A stretch of 32,000 bases of DNA from Candidatus Brocadia sp. (GTDB lineage: Bacteria > Planctomycetota > Brocadiia > Brocadiales > Brocadiaceae). Below are positions 7,945 through 16,596 of this stretch, in pieces; within the stretch, counting starts at the first letter, position 1, and each line of letters opens with the position of its first letter. Made by a program: the position numbers and the translations under genes. Location of the stretch: contig CP091279.1 in assembly GCA_021650915.1 (NCBI GenBank), positions 1,020,001-1,052,000 on the forward strand, written 5' to 3'. The notes under the pieces were generated by a model that worked only from the letters and a program-made list of their open reading frames with translations, was not told where the DNA came from and did not search any database.

Positions 7945-9527
7945 GGTAAATAAAAGACTTCCTTCTCTGAATGCAGTGCGTAATCATATCTGAAGGGAAG
8001 AGTAAAATGAAACGTACTCCCCCCCTCCGTATTTCTTTCTACCCAAATATCACCTCCGTGATCAAGGATAATGTGTTTAACAATGGAAAGCCCTAATCCT
8101 GTTCCTTTCATACCGCCTTTTGCCTTGTTGCTCACCTGCTGAAATTTGTCAAAGATCGTTTTATGACATTCGACCGGTATCCCAATTCCCGTGTCTGATA
8201 TACTGACCTGAACGAAAGAACAAATATTATTCAGTCTGCTTTGTTCTGCAAAAAATCGGGGAACGGTTTTGGAGTCGACCTCACTCATGGTTATAATAAT
8301 TCGTCCTCCAGATGGAGTAAATTTAATGGCATTGCTTAGGAGATTATCCATGACCTGTGCAATCTTTTCACGATCAAGTAAGACTTTCGGTAAACCTCCC
8401 GACTTCTTCCATTGGATATGAATTTTTTTACTCTCTGCCAAAAACCGTATCTCATCAGCACTTTTTCGAATAATATCCTGCAGGGAAGACTCCTGGAAAT
8501 TGTATCGCATCAATCCTGCCTCTATCCGCGAGATGTCCAGCAGGTCATTAATCATCATCGTAAGCCTGATGGTCTCCTCTTTGGTAATATTCAGGAGTTT
8601 TGTCTGCTCAGAGGATATTGGACCGGCAATTTTTTTTAACAGAAGGTCGTTTGCTTCGCGGATGACCGTTAAAGGGGTTTTCAGGTCATGGGAGACATGC
8701 GAAACAAAATCGGTTTTCATCTGATCCATTTCTTTGAGTTTATTGCACATTTGATTAAATGCCATTCCCAGCGTGCCAATCTCGTCACTGGACGTTACTT
8801 CAATCCGATGATTTAAATCCCCATGAGCGATATGCTCTGTCGCATCCTTGAGAATTTTTATAGGAAAGCATATGCTCCGGATGAAAAAGTAGGCGAAAAC
8901 CACTCCAAACAGAACAGCAAACAGGATAATGACAAGGGACATCTGGGTGGATCTGTATCCAACTTTCTGAAGCAGTTCGATTTTTTTAATCAATTCCGTC
9001 TGGGTGACAAGGATGAGTTTATGAATCGATTCCGTAAGCTGGTCAAGTGTCTTTTTCTTCTCTTCTTTGTATCGGGTATCAGACGAAACAGCCTCATTCT
9101 GTCCCATCAGGACAATTTCTTTTGAAACCAGAGAAAGATATTTTTTATACAGTTCCTTTGTCTGCTGGATTCCCCCGCTCTCACCTCGATCCGCTATCGA
9201 CTCTTCCAGATATTTGAGCCGCTCCAGAAATTCCTTCTTTTTCTGATCAAAGAGGTCACGAAAAGCGTTGTCGTTCGTAATGAGATATTTTTTTTCATTT
9301 CTCACCTGCTCAAGAAAACAATCTACCAGCTTCTCTCCATTTTCTATGAAAGGAATGTCTGACCTCATAATGGAGTCGGTAACTTTATTGAGATAGTTAA
9401 GACGATAAATCAGATAAAAACTCATTACCATCATCAACATCACAATGGTAAGATAACCGGAAAGCATTCTCTTCCAGAGGCTATTTTTTAGCATAACGAA
9501 TGATACTGTGAGGCTTTGCCTGTCCAC
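7941..9527 (-). CDS. Membrane sensor histidine kinase (two TM, helical periplasmic sensor, HAMP, HisKA, HATPase_c)
   Basis: 528 aa from a GTG start; ATG at 9494 is an alternative. TM1 about residues 25-45 and TM2 about 195-215. HAMP (IAHGDLNHRIEVTSSDEIGTLGMAFNQM), H-box FVSHVSHDLKTPL, N/G boxes (NLLSNAIKFTP, DTGIGIP, GTGLGLSIVK). Confidence 0.9.
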   Translation of the reverse strand: MDRQSLTVSFVMLKNSLWKRMLSGYLTIVMLMMVMSFYLIYRLNYLNKVTDSIMRSDIPFIENGEKLVDCFLEQVRNEKKYLITNDNAFRDLFDQKKKEFLERLKYLEESIADRGESGGIQQTKELYKKYLSLVSKEIVLMGQNEAVSSDTRYKEEKKKTLDQLTESIHKLILVTQTELIKKIELLQKVGYRSTQMSLVIILFAVLFGVVFAYFFIRSICFPIKILKDATEHIAHGDLNHRIEVTSSDEIGTLGMAFNQMCNKLKEMDQMKTDFVSHVSHDLKTPLTVIREANDLLLKKIAGPISSEQTKLLNITKEETIRLTMMINDLLDISRIEAGLMRYNFQESSLQDIIRKSADEIRFLAESKKIHIQWKKSGGLPKVLLDREKIAQVMDNLLSNAIKFTPSGGRIIITMSEVDSKTVPRFFAEQSRLNNICSFVQVSISDTGIGIPVECHKTIFDKFQQVSNKAKGGMKGTGLGLSIVKHIILDHGGDIWVERNTEGGSTFHFTLPFRYDYALHSEKEVFYLP

Positions 9528-9655
9528 CCCCTCTCTTTTCCTGAGGGCTGCAGCACGATGATTTGTATCTATGGAGGATCAATAATAGTTGCTTAAAAGG
9601 TTACTGAATCTACGCGCCAATGGCAAGGGAAAAAAACACGGCAACAAATTATATA

Positions 9656-9685
9656 TTGCGGTAATATTAAAGCTTATGCTATAGT
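9656..9685 (+). promoter_or_regulatory. Possible sigma-70-like promoter TTGCGG-N18-TATAGT for the PAS kinase operon
   Basis: TTGCGG at 9656-9661 and TATAGT at 9680-9685, about 60 nt upstream of ATG 9745. Weak -35 element. Confidence 0.3.
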
Positions 9686-9744
9686 GCCTTTTGGAATATT
9701 TCCTGTTTATAGTGTAGGGTAACTCTTATCTTCCTGGGGATACT

Positions 9745-10893
9745 ATGGATGTATCAGAACGATTTCTTCAAACAGCCCTGGACGGCATACATGATTGTAT
9801 TAACATTGTAGATAAAAACTTTCAAATTATCTTTGTCAACGAAGCTGCAAGTAAGAGGGCAGGGAAAAATTGGCGATCACTGTTGGGAAACACGTGTTAT
9901 GCGCAACTATGGGGAAAAAACGCTCCCTGTGAAAACTGTGTAACACGGAAGGCTTTTGAAACTGGTAAACCCCAGCAAACCATTAAATGGGAAATCGGCA
10001 ACGACGGGAAAAAACATTTCATGGAACACTTTGTATTCCCTATCGTCGAAAAAGATGATACGGTTGAATATACCGTTGAAATTTTCAGAGACATTACTGA
10101 GAGAAAGTTACTCGAAGAGGAGCGGGAACAACAGCGGCTCGAACTCGGCAAACGGATCCGTGAACTCCGTCACGCCTACGAAGAGCTGAAGTCACTGCAA
10201 AACCAACTTCTGCAAGCAGAAAAAATGGCTTCTGTCGGGCTTCTTGCCTCGAGCCTTGCCCATGAGCTGGATACGCCCCTCGCCACGATTTCCGGATATT
10301 GCGAACTATTGGCAGAGGGAATCGATGACAATCACCTGTTGGGGCATGTGAAAACCATTTCTGAGCAGGTGACAAAGTGCCAAAAAACGACGCGCAGTTT
10401 ATTGGATTTTTCAAGAAAATCCAATGGTGAAAGAAAATGGTGCAATATCCACCATCTCATTAGCAGCATTCTGTCTCTTGTTGAACATCGCCTCATCCTT
10501 CACAAAATAAAACTTCATACCCTCTTTGATAACCAACTCCCCCTGTTATTCGTTGACGGAAACCAGATTCAGCAGGTAATTTTAAACCTGGTAAATAATG
10601 CCGTTGATGCCCAGCCTCAGGGTGGAGATATCTTTATTGAAACCAGGATGAACCATGCGACAAAATCCGTTGAACTTCTTTTTGAGGACAATGGAGTCGG
10701 TATACCTCATGAAAACCGGAAACACATCTTTTCTCCGTTCTTTACCACCAAGGATCCAGGCAAGGGAACGGGATTGGGCTTATCGATCTGTAAAAATATC
10801 ATTATCGCCCATGACGGTAGAATTACCCTCGAAAACCGAAACGGCAACGGCACGAAATTCGTCATCTCCTTACCGGTTTCAGAAGCGCCATGA
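9745..10893 (+). CDS. Cytoplasmic PAS-domain sensor histidine kinase
   Basis: 382 aa with no TM segment. N-terminal PAS (LDGIHDCINIVDKNFQIIFVNEAA...) carrying Cys18, Cys51, Cys62 and Cys65. Coiled-coil linker, H-box SLAHELDTPLATISGY, HATPase_c (NLVNNAVDA, DNGVGIP, GTGLGLSICK). Confidence 0.9.
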   Translation: MDVSERFLQTALDGIHDCINIVDKNFQIIFVNEAASKRAGKNWRSLLGNTCYAQLWGKNAPCENCVTRKAFETGKPQQTIKWEIGNDGKKHFMEHFVFPIVEKDDTVEYTVEIFRDITERKLLEEEREQQRLELGKRIRELRHAYEELKSLQNQLLQAEKMASVGLLASSLAHELDTPLATISGYCELLAEGIDDNHLLGHVKTISEQVTKCQKTTRSLLDFSRKSNGERKWCNIHHLISSILSLVEHRLILHKIKLHTLFDNQLPLLFVDGNQIQQVILNLVNNAVDAQPQGGDIFIETRMNHATKSVELLFEDNGVGIPHENRKHIFSPFFTTKDPGKGTGLGLSICKNIIIAHDGRITLENRNGNGTKFVISLPVSEAP

Positions 10894-10909
10894 TCAGGAG
10901 ACAGGTACC

Positions 10910-12274
10910 TTGAAGAAAATATTGATTGTCGATGATGATATGGCAATGGCAGAGATGTGCAGGGAACTTTTAAAAAGCAAGGGGTACACATCGGACGTTG
11001 TCACTAACGGAAAAGAGGCCATTGAAAGAGTAACTATCCAGGATGCGTACACCATTATCCTTACCGATCTGGTTATGCCAGACATGGACGGGATAGAAGT
11101 CCTGAAAAAGGTTAAACAGCAAAATCCAAAGGCAGACGTAATCGTCATGACCAGTTACGGCACGGTCACCAATGCCGTAGAAGCTATGAAACTGGGAGCC
11201 GCTGATTATCTTACGAAACCTTTCAAGCGTGACGAACTTATCATTGTAATCGAAAAAATTTTGCAACACCAGCGTCTGGAAGGAGAGATAGACCGGCTGC
11301 GTTCGGAACTCGGTGAAAAATACACCTTTGGCAATATTATTGGTGAAAGCCCAAAGATGAAAAAAGTATATGAAATTATCTCCAATGTGTCGAACACGGA
11401 AGCCACGATCCTGATTCAGGGGGAAACGGGCACCGGCAAGGAGCTGGTGGCAAGGGCAATCCATTATAACAGCGGACGCAAAGACAACCCTTTTGTAAAG
11501 GTAGACTGTGCATCGCTCGCGGAATCTCTCCTGGAAAGCGAACTGTTTGGCCATGAAAAGGGAGCATTTACCGGCGCCGCAAAAGACAGAACCGGCCGGT
11601 TCAGAACTGCTGATCGTGGCACCATATTCCTTGACGAAATTGGCAATATTTCCCTGTCCGTTCAGGCAAAATTGCTCCGTGTGCTGCAGGACAATGAATT
11701 TGAGGCTGTGGGAAGCGACGATCCGATAAAAATAAACGTGCGCACCATTGCTGCAACCAACGCCGACCTTGAAGATCGCGTTGAAAAAGGGCTGTTTCGC
11801 AGGGATCTCTTTTACCGGCTGAATGTCATCCGGATTCTGTTGCCACCCCTGCGGGAGCGGTCAGACGATATCCCCAGGCTTGTTTCACATTTTCTTTCTC
11901 TCCACAACAAAAAAAACCGGAAAAAGGTGGAAGGGATATCGCGGGAGGCGTTAAGCAAGTTTATGTCGTATCATTGGCCGGGGAATATCCGGGAACTAGA
12001 AAATGTCATCGAACGCGCCGTCATCCTCTGCAAGGGAACCATGATTGAACCGGTAGATGTTCCTTTGTATCAGGAAAAAATCGGGTCCATACAGGACCTG
12101 TCCGGAAAATCCCTGCAAACGCTTATGGATCAGGTTGAACGCCAGATCATTATCAATACGCTGGAATTGACTCATGCAGACAAGGAAAAAGCCATGAAGA
12201 TACTCAATATCTCCCGTGCCAGTCTCTATAATAAACTCAATAAGCACAAGATTGCCGGGCTCCTGCCATCCTAG
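10910..12274 (+). CDS. Sigma-54-dependent Fis-family response regulator (NtrC/AtoC-like), canonical GAFTGA
   Basis: The ORF-track start (ATG 10655) overlaps the kinase gene by 239 nt. The first in-frame start after the kinase stop (TGA 10891-10893) is TTG 10910, preceded by AGGAG (10896-10900), giving MKKILIVDDD. Motifs: GETGTGKE, ELFGHEKGAFTGA, IFLDEIG, RRDLFYRL, WPGNIRELEN, C-terminal HTH. Confidence 0.88.
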   Translation: MKKILIVDDDMAMAEMCRELLKSKGYTSDVVTNGKEAIERVTIQDAYTIILTDLVMPDMDGIEVLKKVKQQNPKADVIVMTSYGTVTNAVEAMKLGAADYLTKPFKRDELIIVIEKILQHQRLEGEIDRLRSELGEKYTFGNIIGESPKMKKVYEIISNVSNTEATILIQGETGTGKELVARAIHYNSGRKDNPFVKVDCASLAESLLESELFGHEKGAFTGAAKDRTGRFRTADRGTIFLDEIGNISLSVQAKLLRVLQDNEFEAVGSDDPIKINVRTIAATNADLEDRVEKGLFRRDLFYRLNVIRILLPPLRERSDDIPRLVSHFLSLHNKKNRKKVEGISREALSKFMSYHWPGNIRELENVIERAVILCKGTMIEPVDVPLYQEKIGSIQDLSGKSLQTLMDQVERQIIINTLELTHADKEKAMKILNISRASLYNKLNKHKIAGLLPS

Positions 12275-12308
12275 CCCGAACGAGCCATCTGAGGCACCAT
12301 ATTTGTGT

Positions 12309-12347
12309 GTCAACCCTGTCAGAATTTTCAAACCTGACAGGATTAAT
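12309..12347. repeat. 39-nt palindromic intergenic element, copy A
   Basis: GTCAACCCTGTCAGAATTTTCAAACCTGACAGGATTAAT. Stem CCTGTCAG (12315-12322) pairs with CTGACAGG (12334-12341). By my hand alignment 30 of 39 nt are identical to copy B (17784-17822). A T-rich tract follows, so it may also terminate the RR gene. Confidence 0.5.
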
Positions 12348-12403
12348 TTTATTCATAAATTTATGCTAATAATGTCAAAATTGTCTTTGAAAGATACTGA
12401 GTT

Positions 12404-13030
12404 ATGAAAGAATTATCCTTTCTCCGCATTGAGCATTGGCACAACTTCCTCCTTGCCTTTATCCCGCTTTTTATCGCAATTGACGTTATCGGAGTACTCC
12501 CGATTTTCATGTCGCTGGTGGAAGGTATCGAAAAACCCCAGAAGACAAAAATTATACGCCAGTCAGTCATCACCGCCCTTACGGTTAGTATTGGTTTTCT
12601 TGCCCTCGGCAAGTTTGTTTTTTCCGTATTGGGGATTGAAATATACGATTTTAAACTGGCCGGCGGACTTCTGTTACTGGTATTCGCCATCAATGATCTG
12701 CTCTTCGCAGAAAAAGGAAAACGAACCATCGCCTCAACCATAGGAGTCGTTCCCTTAGGTATTCCCCTTGTGGTCGGCCCTGCTGTTCTGACCACGACTA
12801 TTGTGGCGGTGGACACCTATGGTTATATCCCTACGGTAACTTCTCTCGTCGTGAATCTTATCCTCGTGTGGCTTGTGTTTCAGAAATCGGATTTTATTTA
12901 CCGGCTTATGGGCGACGGCGGCTCCAAGGCCTTTGCCAAGGTTGCATCCCTGTTACTTGCAGCCATTGCGGTAATGATGATCCGGCGGGGATTCATGGAT
13001 GTGCTGTTCTATCTTAAATACCCCTCCTGA
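12404..13030 (+). CDS. MarC-family (UPF0056) integral membrane protein
   Basis: 208 aa, about 6 TM helices. The N-terminus FLLAFIPLFIAIDVIGVLPIF and overall layout are typical of MarC/UPF0056. Confidence 0.85.
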   Translation: MKELSFLRIEHWHNFLLAFIPLFIAIDVIGVLPIFMSLVEGIEKPQKTKIIRQSVITALTVSIGFLALGKFVFSVLGIEIYDFKLAGGLLLLVFAINDLLFAEKGKRTIASTIGVVPLGIPLVVGPAVLTTTIVAVDTYGYIPTVTSLVVNLILVWLVFQKSDFIYRLMGDGGSKAFAKVASLLLAAIAVMMIRRGFMDVLFYLKYPS

Positions 13031-13048
13031 CAACATATATTCGTCTTC

Positions 13049-14116
13049 ATGGCCTTCAGACCGATAACCATTAAAAAAGGACTTAAAATCTTTATCGGAT
13101 TAACCGTCCTGGCTATTTGTCTTTTACTCGTTTTTACCTCGGACATAAAGACACTCCAAACCCTCAAGCTGATTGATCACCGATTTCTCCTGCTTTCACT
13201 GACACTGATCTGTCTGTCATGGTTTTTTGATGTACTACGGTTCAGGGTATTGACAAAAATTGCAGGCACAAAGACCCCTTTTCTGTACGGGACAAAGGCT
13301 CTTCTGTCTTATACGTTTGTTTCAAATATAACCCCTTCCTCTGCCGGCGGTGAAACGGTACTGATTTATTTACTGAATCAAAGCGGGGTTGCTTTGGGAA
13401 AAGCGACCGCTATTATCTTTTTGCGCACCATAATCACCATGATATTTTTTGCCATAGGCGGACTACTCACCATTTATTTTTATTATGATCTCTTGTCGAA
13501 TGCCAGTTTGAAGATACTCTTTCATTATGTGGCCATCTTCCTGGCAATAACTGTTATCGTCATTATTTACCTCCTTTTTGCGCCTCTTTCCGCAAGAAAG
13601 GGCTTGAATTTCCTATTTCTGTATTTCGAAAAAATTACCTTTTTCAAAAAGAACTTTTCCTGGTTGAGACACCGTCTTTTTCGGGTAGTCAATGATTTTA
13701 AATCCAGCCTTAAAGAAGTTGTTCAGGAAGAACGATGGCGATTGCTGCTCGTCATTTTTTATACTGTCTTGATGATCGCCGCGCAATTTCTTGTTGCCCC
13801 GCTGCTATTGGCGGGACTCGGCTGCAAGGTGAACGTCATGAACACGGTTAGAATTCAATTCGTGTTAAATTTCCTGCTCTATTATATGCCAACGCCCGGG
13901 GGCAGTGGTGCGTCTGAAGGCGTGGGGTATGCGCTTTTCTCGCCTCTTGTGCCCTCCAGCACCATTGGCGTTTTTCTTGTCCTCTGGAAATTTTTAACTA
14001 TGTATGTATGGACAGTTATCGGCGGCATCATCATTGCCAAAACCATAGGAATGAAACACCTTGAGGAGCTATCAAAAAACCGAGAAACATTTCATCAGAA
14101 TGAAAAAAAGAACTAA
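13049..14116 (+). CDS. Flippase-like / LPG_synthase_TM (UPF0104) family membrane protein
   Basis: 355 aa, polytopic. Characteristic MPTPGGSGASEG motif near the C-terminus and SSAGGE in the N-terminal half. Confidence 0.8.
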   Translation: MAFRPITIKKGLKIFIGLTVLAICLLLVFTSDIKTLQTLKLIDHRFLLLSLTLICLSWFFDVLRFRVLTKIAGTKTPFLYGTKALLSYTFVSNITPSSAGGETVLIYLLNQSGVALGKATAIIFLRTIITMIFFAIGGLLTIYFYYDLLSNASLKILFHYVAIFLAITVIVIIYLLFAPLSARKGLNFLFLYFEKITFFKKNFSWLRHRLFRVVNDFKSSLKEVVQEERWRLLLVIFYTVLMIAAQFLVAPLLLAGLGCKVNVMNTVRIQFVLNFLLYYMPTPGGSGASEGVGYALFSPLVPSSTIGVFLVLWKFLTMYVWTVIGGIIIAKTIGMKHLEELSKNRETFHQNEKKN

Positions 14117-14117
14117 T

Positions 14118-14147
14118 TTGACATTACGCGTAAGAATAAATTACAAT
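14118..14147 (+). promoter_or_regulatory. sigma-70-like promoter TTGACA-N18-TACAAT upstream of the PPIase gene
   Basis: TTGACA at 14118-14123 and TACAAT at 14142-14147, about 43 nt upstream of ATG 14190, which has a GGAG SD. Confidence 0.5.
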
Positions 14148-14189
14148 AAGGGTCTTTATTTTTCAATTTTTTACGGATAGGAGCTGTCA

Positions 14190-15284
14190 ATGTTGAAAGG
14201 ATGTATTAAGCCGTTAGGAATGGTATTGTGCGGAATATTATGCATTCAGGTAAGTGCCTTTTCGGCAGAACCGGATGCAAAAAAAACGTCAGCGCCAGCA
14301 AAAGAGGAAAAACCTGCGGCAAAGACCGAAGCAAAGGCTGAGGCAAAGACCGAGACATCAAAAGGAGAAGTCAAGTCCGCAATTAAGGAATCAACACCAA
14401 AAGAGGCGGCACCTGGCACAAAAGAACAAGATCCCAATAAGATTTTGGCGACAGTCAATGGTGAGAACATCCTTCAGAAAGATGTTAATCACATCCTCAG
14501 CAGGTTTGGAAATCAGATACCGGCCGAGCAAATTCAGGGAGTTACCAAACAAGTACTGGATGGTTTAATTACCCAAAAACTTCTCACGCAATTCATTCGG
14601 GAGAATAAGATCGAACCCAGCAAGACCGATATCGAAACAGAGATAAACAAGGTACGGGAGGATATTAAAGCAAACCCGAGTCTGGCCGGACAAACCCTTG
14701 AACAGGTCTTGGAATCACATGGAAGTTCCCTTGATGATCTGAAAAGGGATATCACCATATCCCTCTCCCTGGAAAAATATCTTGGCAAAGACCTTGATGA
14801 CAAAAAACTCAAGGCCTATTTCGATCAGAATAAGGCTGCTTACAATGGTACCGAAGTAAGGGCAAGTCATATCCTGGTTGATACGCGGAAAATGACGAGC
14901 GATGCAGAGTTGAATCAGGCAATGGAAAAAATCAAAAAGGCAAAGGCTGAGGTTGCTGCCGGAAAAGATTTTGCTGAACTTGCCAAACAATATTCTGATT
15001 GCCCCTCGAAGGAAAAGGGCGGAGACCTCGGTTTCTTTCCAAGAAAGGGACAAATGGTTGAACCTTTTGCCGCCGCGGCGTTTGCGCTTAAAGTAGGACA
15101 GATAAGTGATCCCGTGAAAACAAATTTTGGATATCACATCATCAAGGTAACAGAAATAAAGCAAGGAACTGATGTTAAATTTGATGATATAAAGCAGAAC
15201 ATCAAACAGGACCTTTTACAGGAAAAGGCACAGGTGCTCATAACCCAGATCCGGCAGAAGGCAAAAATAGATATCAAGGCCTGA
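14190..15284 (+). CDS. Exported parvulin-type peptidyl-prolyl cis-trans isomerase (SurA/PrsA-like)
   Basis: 364 aa. Signal peptide ([18 protein letters not shown]), low-complexity [12 protein letters not shown] region, SurA-like N-domain. PpiC domain: VRASHILV...[23 protein letters not shown]...[18 protein letters not shown]. Confidence 0.9.
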   Translation: MLKGCIKPLGMVLCGILCIQVSAFSAEPDAKKTSAPAKEEKPAAKTEAKAEAKTETSKGEVKSAIKESTPKEAAPGTKEQDPNKILATVNGENILQKDVNHILSRFGNQIPAEQIQGVTKQVLDGLITQKLLTQFIRENKIEPSKTDIETEINKVREDIKANPSLAGQTLEQVLESHGSSLDDLKRDITISLSLEKYLGKDLDDKKLKAYFDQNKAAYNGTEVRASHILVDTRKMTSDAELNQAMEKIKKAKAEVAAGKDFAELAKQYSDCPSKEKGGDLGFFPRKGQMVEPFAAAAFALKVGQISDPVKTNFGYHIIKVTEIKQGTDVKFDDIKQNIKQDLLQEKAQVLITQIRQKAKIDIKA

Positions 15285-15340
15285 AGATAACCAGTCACCT
15301 AATTCCAGCCTTTTTGATGAGAATTTATTTTCCGTAAATA

Positions 15341-15385
15341 AAAAGCTTCCCATTCATTGCAAAAGAATGGGAAGCTTTTTTGTTT
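15341..15385 (+). terminator. Rho-independent terminator
   Basis: AAAAGCTTCCCATTC (15341-15355) pairs perfectly with GAATGGGAAGCTTTT (15365-15379) around a 9-nt loop; the T-run continues as TTTTTTGTTT. Lies about 57 nt after the PPIase stop. Confidence 0.85.
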
Positions 15386-15499
15386 CTAATACTTCCTGTG
15401 ACATTTCAGTTGATTTTTTATCCTCAGGATATTATCTTTATTGCCTGTTACTTCGATTTAAGGTCTTTGCAATCGGACAGATGGAGTGAAATAATAATT

Positions 15500-15528
15500 T
15501 TGACTATCTCAATCGTATGTGATATATT
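15500..15528 (+). promoter_or_regulatory. sigma-70-like promoter TTGACT-N17-TATATT for the unknown-function cassette
   Basis: TTGACT at 15500-15505, 17-nt spacer, TATATT at 15523-15528, about 60 nt upstream of ATG 15590. Confidence 0.5.
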
Positions 15529-15589
15529 GCCAGCGGTGTGAGGAAATAATTTATTCCATGGTATCCTCAGGTATTGAGAGAGGAGGTAT

Positions 15590-15958
15590 ATGAAATCAAT
15601 GGCACCAAAAAAGCACGCTACGAATAAGCTTGTTTTAAGTTCCTTTTTCAGGATAATTACCATTGATGGAAAGACGGAACAAGTAACGACGAGGGTGAGA
15701 AGAACGCTTTTTTTCGATGATGAAGACAGTTTCCCTTTTTCAAAGATAAAAAATGTGGAAGTTGCAAAGGATATCAAAGAATCGATACCAAACGATTGTA
15801 TACGATACCTCGTGTTATTGAATTTGGCAAACGGGGACAAGATTCTAATCGATGAGATTGGCGAGTCTTCTCCTCGTGGAGGCATGAGAGAAATGAAAAA
15901 TCTTGGGAAAAAAATCAGCGCCATAACAGGAAAAACACTGAAAACGTTTGAAGATTAA
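15590..15958 (+). CDS. Hypothetical small soluble protein (122 aa)
   Basis: Strong SD AGGAGG (15581-15586) 3 nt before the ATG. No TM segment or signal peptide, no family recognised. Preferred over the almost fully overlapping antisense ORF 15448-15924, which is low-complexity and lacks an SD. Confidence 0.65.
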   Translation: MKSMAPKKHATNKLVLSSFFRIITIDGKTEQVTTRVRRTLFFDDEDSFPFSKIKNVEVAKDIKESIPNDCIRYLVLLNLANGDKILIDEIGESSPRGGMREMKNLGKKISAITGKTLKTFED

Positions 15959-16029
15959 ACGATTCGTTTTCACCCGTTGGAAGAAAAGAAACGAAACGAA
16001 TCATTTTATTATGATGTGGAGGACCTTCT

Positions 16030-16596
16030 ATGCAATGTGCGAAATGGTATCTGCCCATGCTCGGTGTTGTCATTTTAGGAATACCGGCATGGTGTAATGC
16101 ATTCGATATACACCTGACGCAAGAGCAATTAAAAGAGGCAAATGAGTACGGCGCACAATATAAAGGAAAGGAGATTTTTGAAAGCGCAATTGGAAAATCC
16201 GCCCGCTTTGGTGAATACCCTGGCGGGGACGGCGGATTGATTATGAGTAAATATATGAGAGTCGCAGTGAGTTCTGCCATGAGGGCGCTGAAAAATGAGG
16301 CGCTCACACCACAGGACTTAAAAGAGATTGATGCATCAACGACGTTCAATGTGATTGTAAGTATCCCCGAAGAGAACATACAAAACCCGGAGGACGTCCA
16401 GATATTGCTCATACAAGGGACCAATAATATTCTGCCACAAAAGACCGAGTTTGGCATGAAGTACAAAGATAAAAGACAAGGGATTATTGGCATCTTTTCC
16501 TATGAAAAAATCAACCCAAAAGCAAGCACTACAATCCTGATCAAAACGCGAAATGACGAGAGAAAATTTACCATTGATTTTTCTGATGTAAAATGA
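16030..16596 (+). CDS. Exported protein of unknown function (paralogue of 24518-25114)
   Basis: 188 aa. Signal peptide MQCAKWYLPMLGVVILGIPAWCNA, GGAGG SD. Colinear similarity to the 198-aa protein at 24518-25114: IHLTQEQLKEANEYG vs IHYSLSEEQIKQAIAYG; LTPQDLKEI vs LTDAEIYQSL; TILIKTRNDERKFTIDF vs LVILSPLNNERRFVFPL. Confidence 0.8.
   Translation: MQCAKWYLPMLGVVILGIPAWCNAFDIHLTQEQLKEANEYGAQYKGKEIFESAIGKSARFGEYPGGDGGLIMSKYMRVAVSSAMRALKNEALTPQDLKEIDASTTFNVIVSIPEENIQNPEDVQILLIQGTNNILPQKTEFGMKYKDKRQGIIGIFSYEKINPKASTTILIKTRNDERKFTIDFSDVK

Noticed and set aside
12361-12816. 151-aa minus-strand ORF overlapping the MarC gene
   Set aside because: The plus-strand frame encodes a coherent polytopic MarC-family protein. 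The antisense frame shows no recognisable features.
14320-14365. Short tandem repetition GCAAAGACCGA...GCAAAGACCGA in the PPIase gene
   Set aside because: It encodes the low-complexity [12 protein letters not shown] linker after the signal peptide. This is an ordinary compositional repeat, not a distinct element.
15448-15924. 158-aa minus-strand ORF almost fully overlapping the 122-aa plus-strand ORF 15590-15958
   Set aside because: Its composition is Ser/Phe/Ile-rich and low in complexity, typical of an antisense shadow frame, and it has no SD. The plus-strand ORF has a perfect AGGAGG SD and a predicted promoter.
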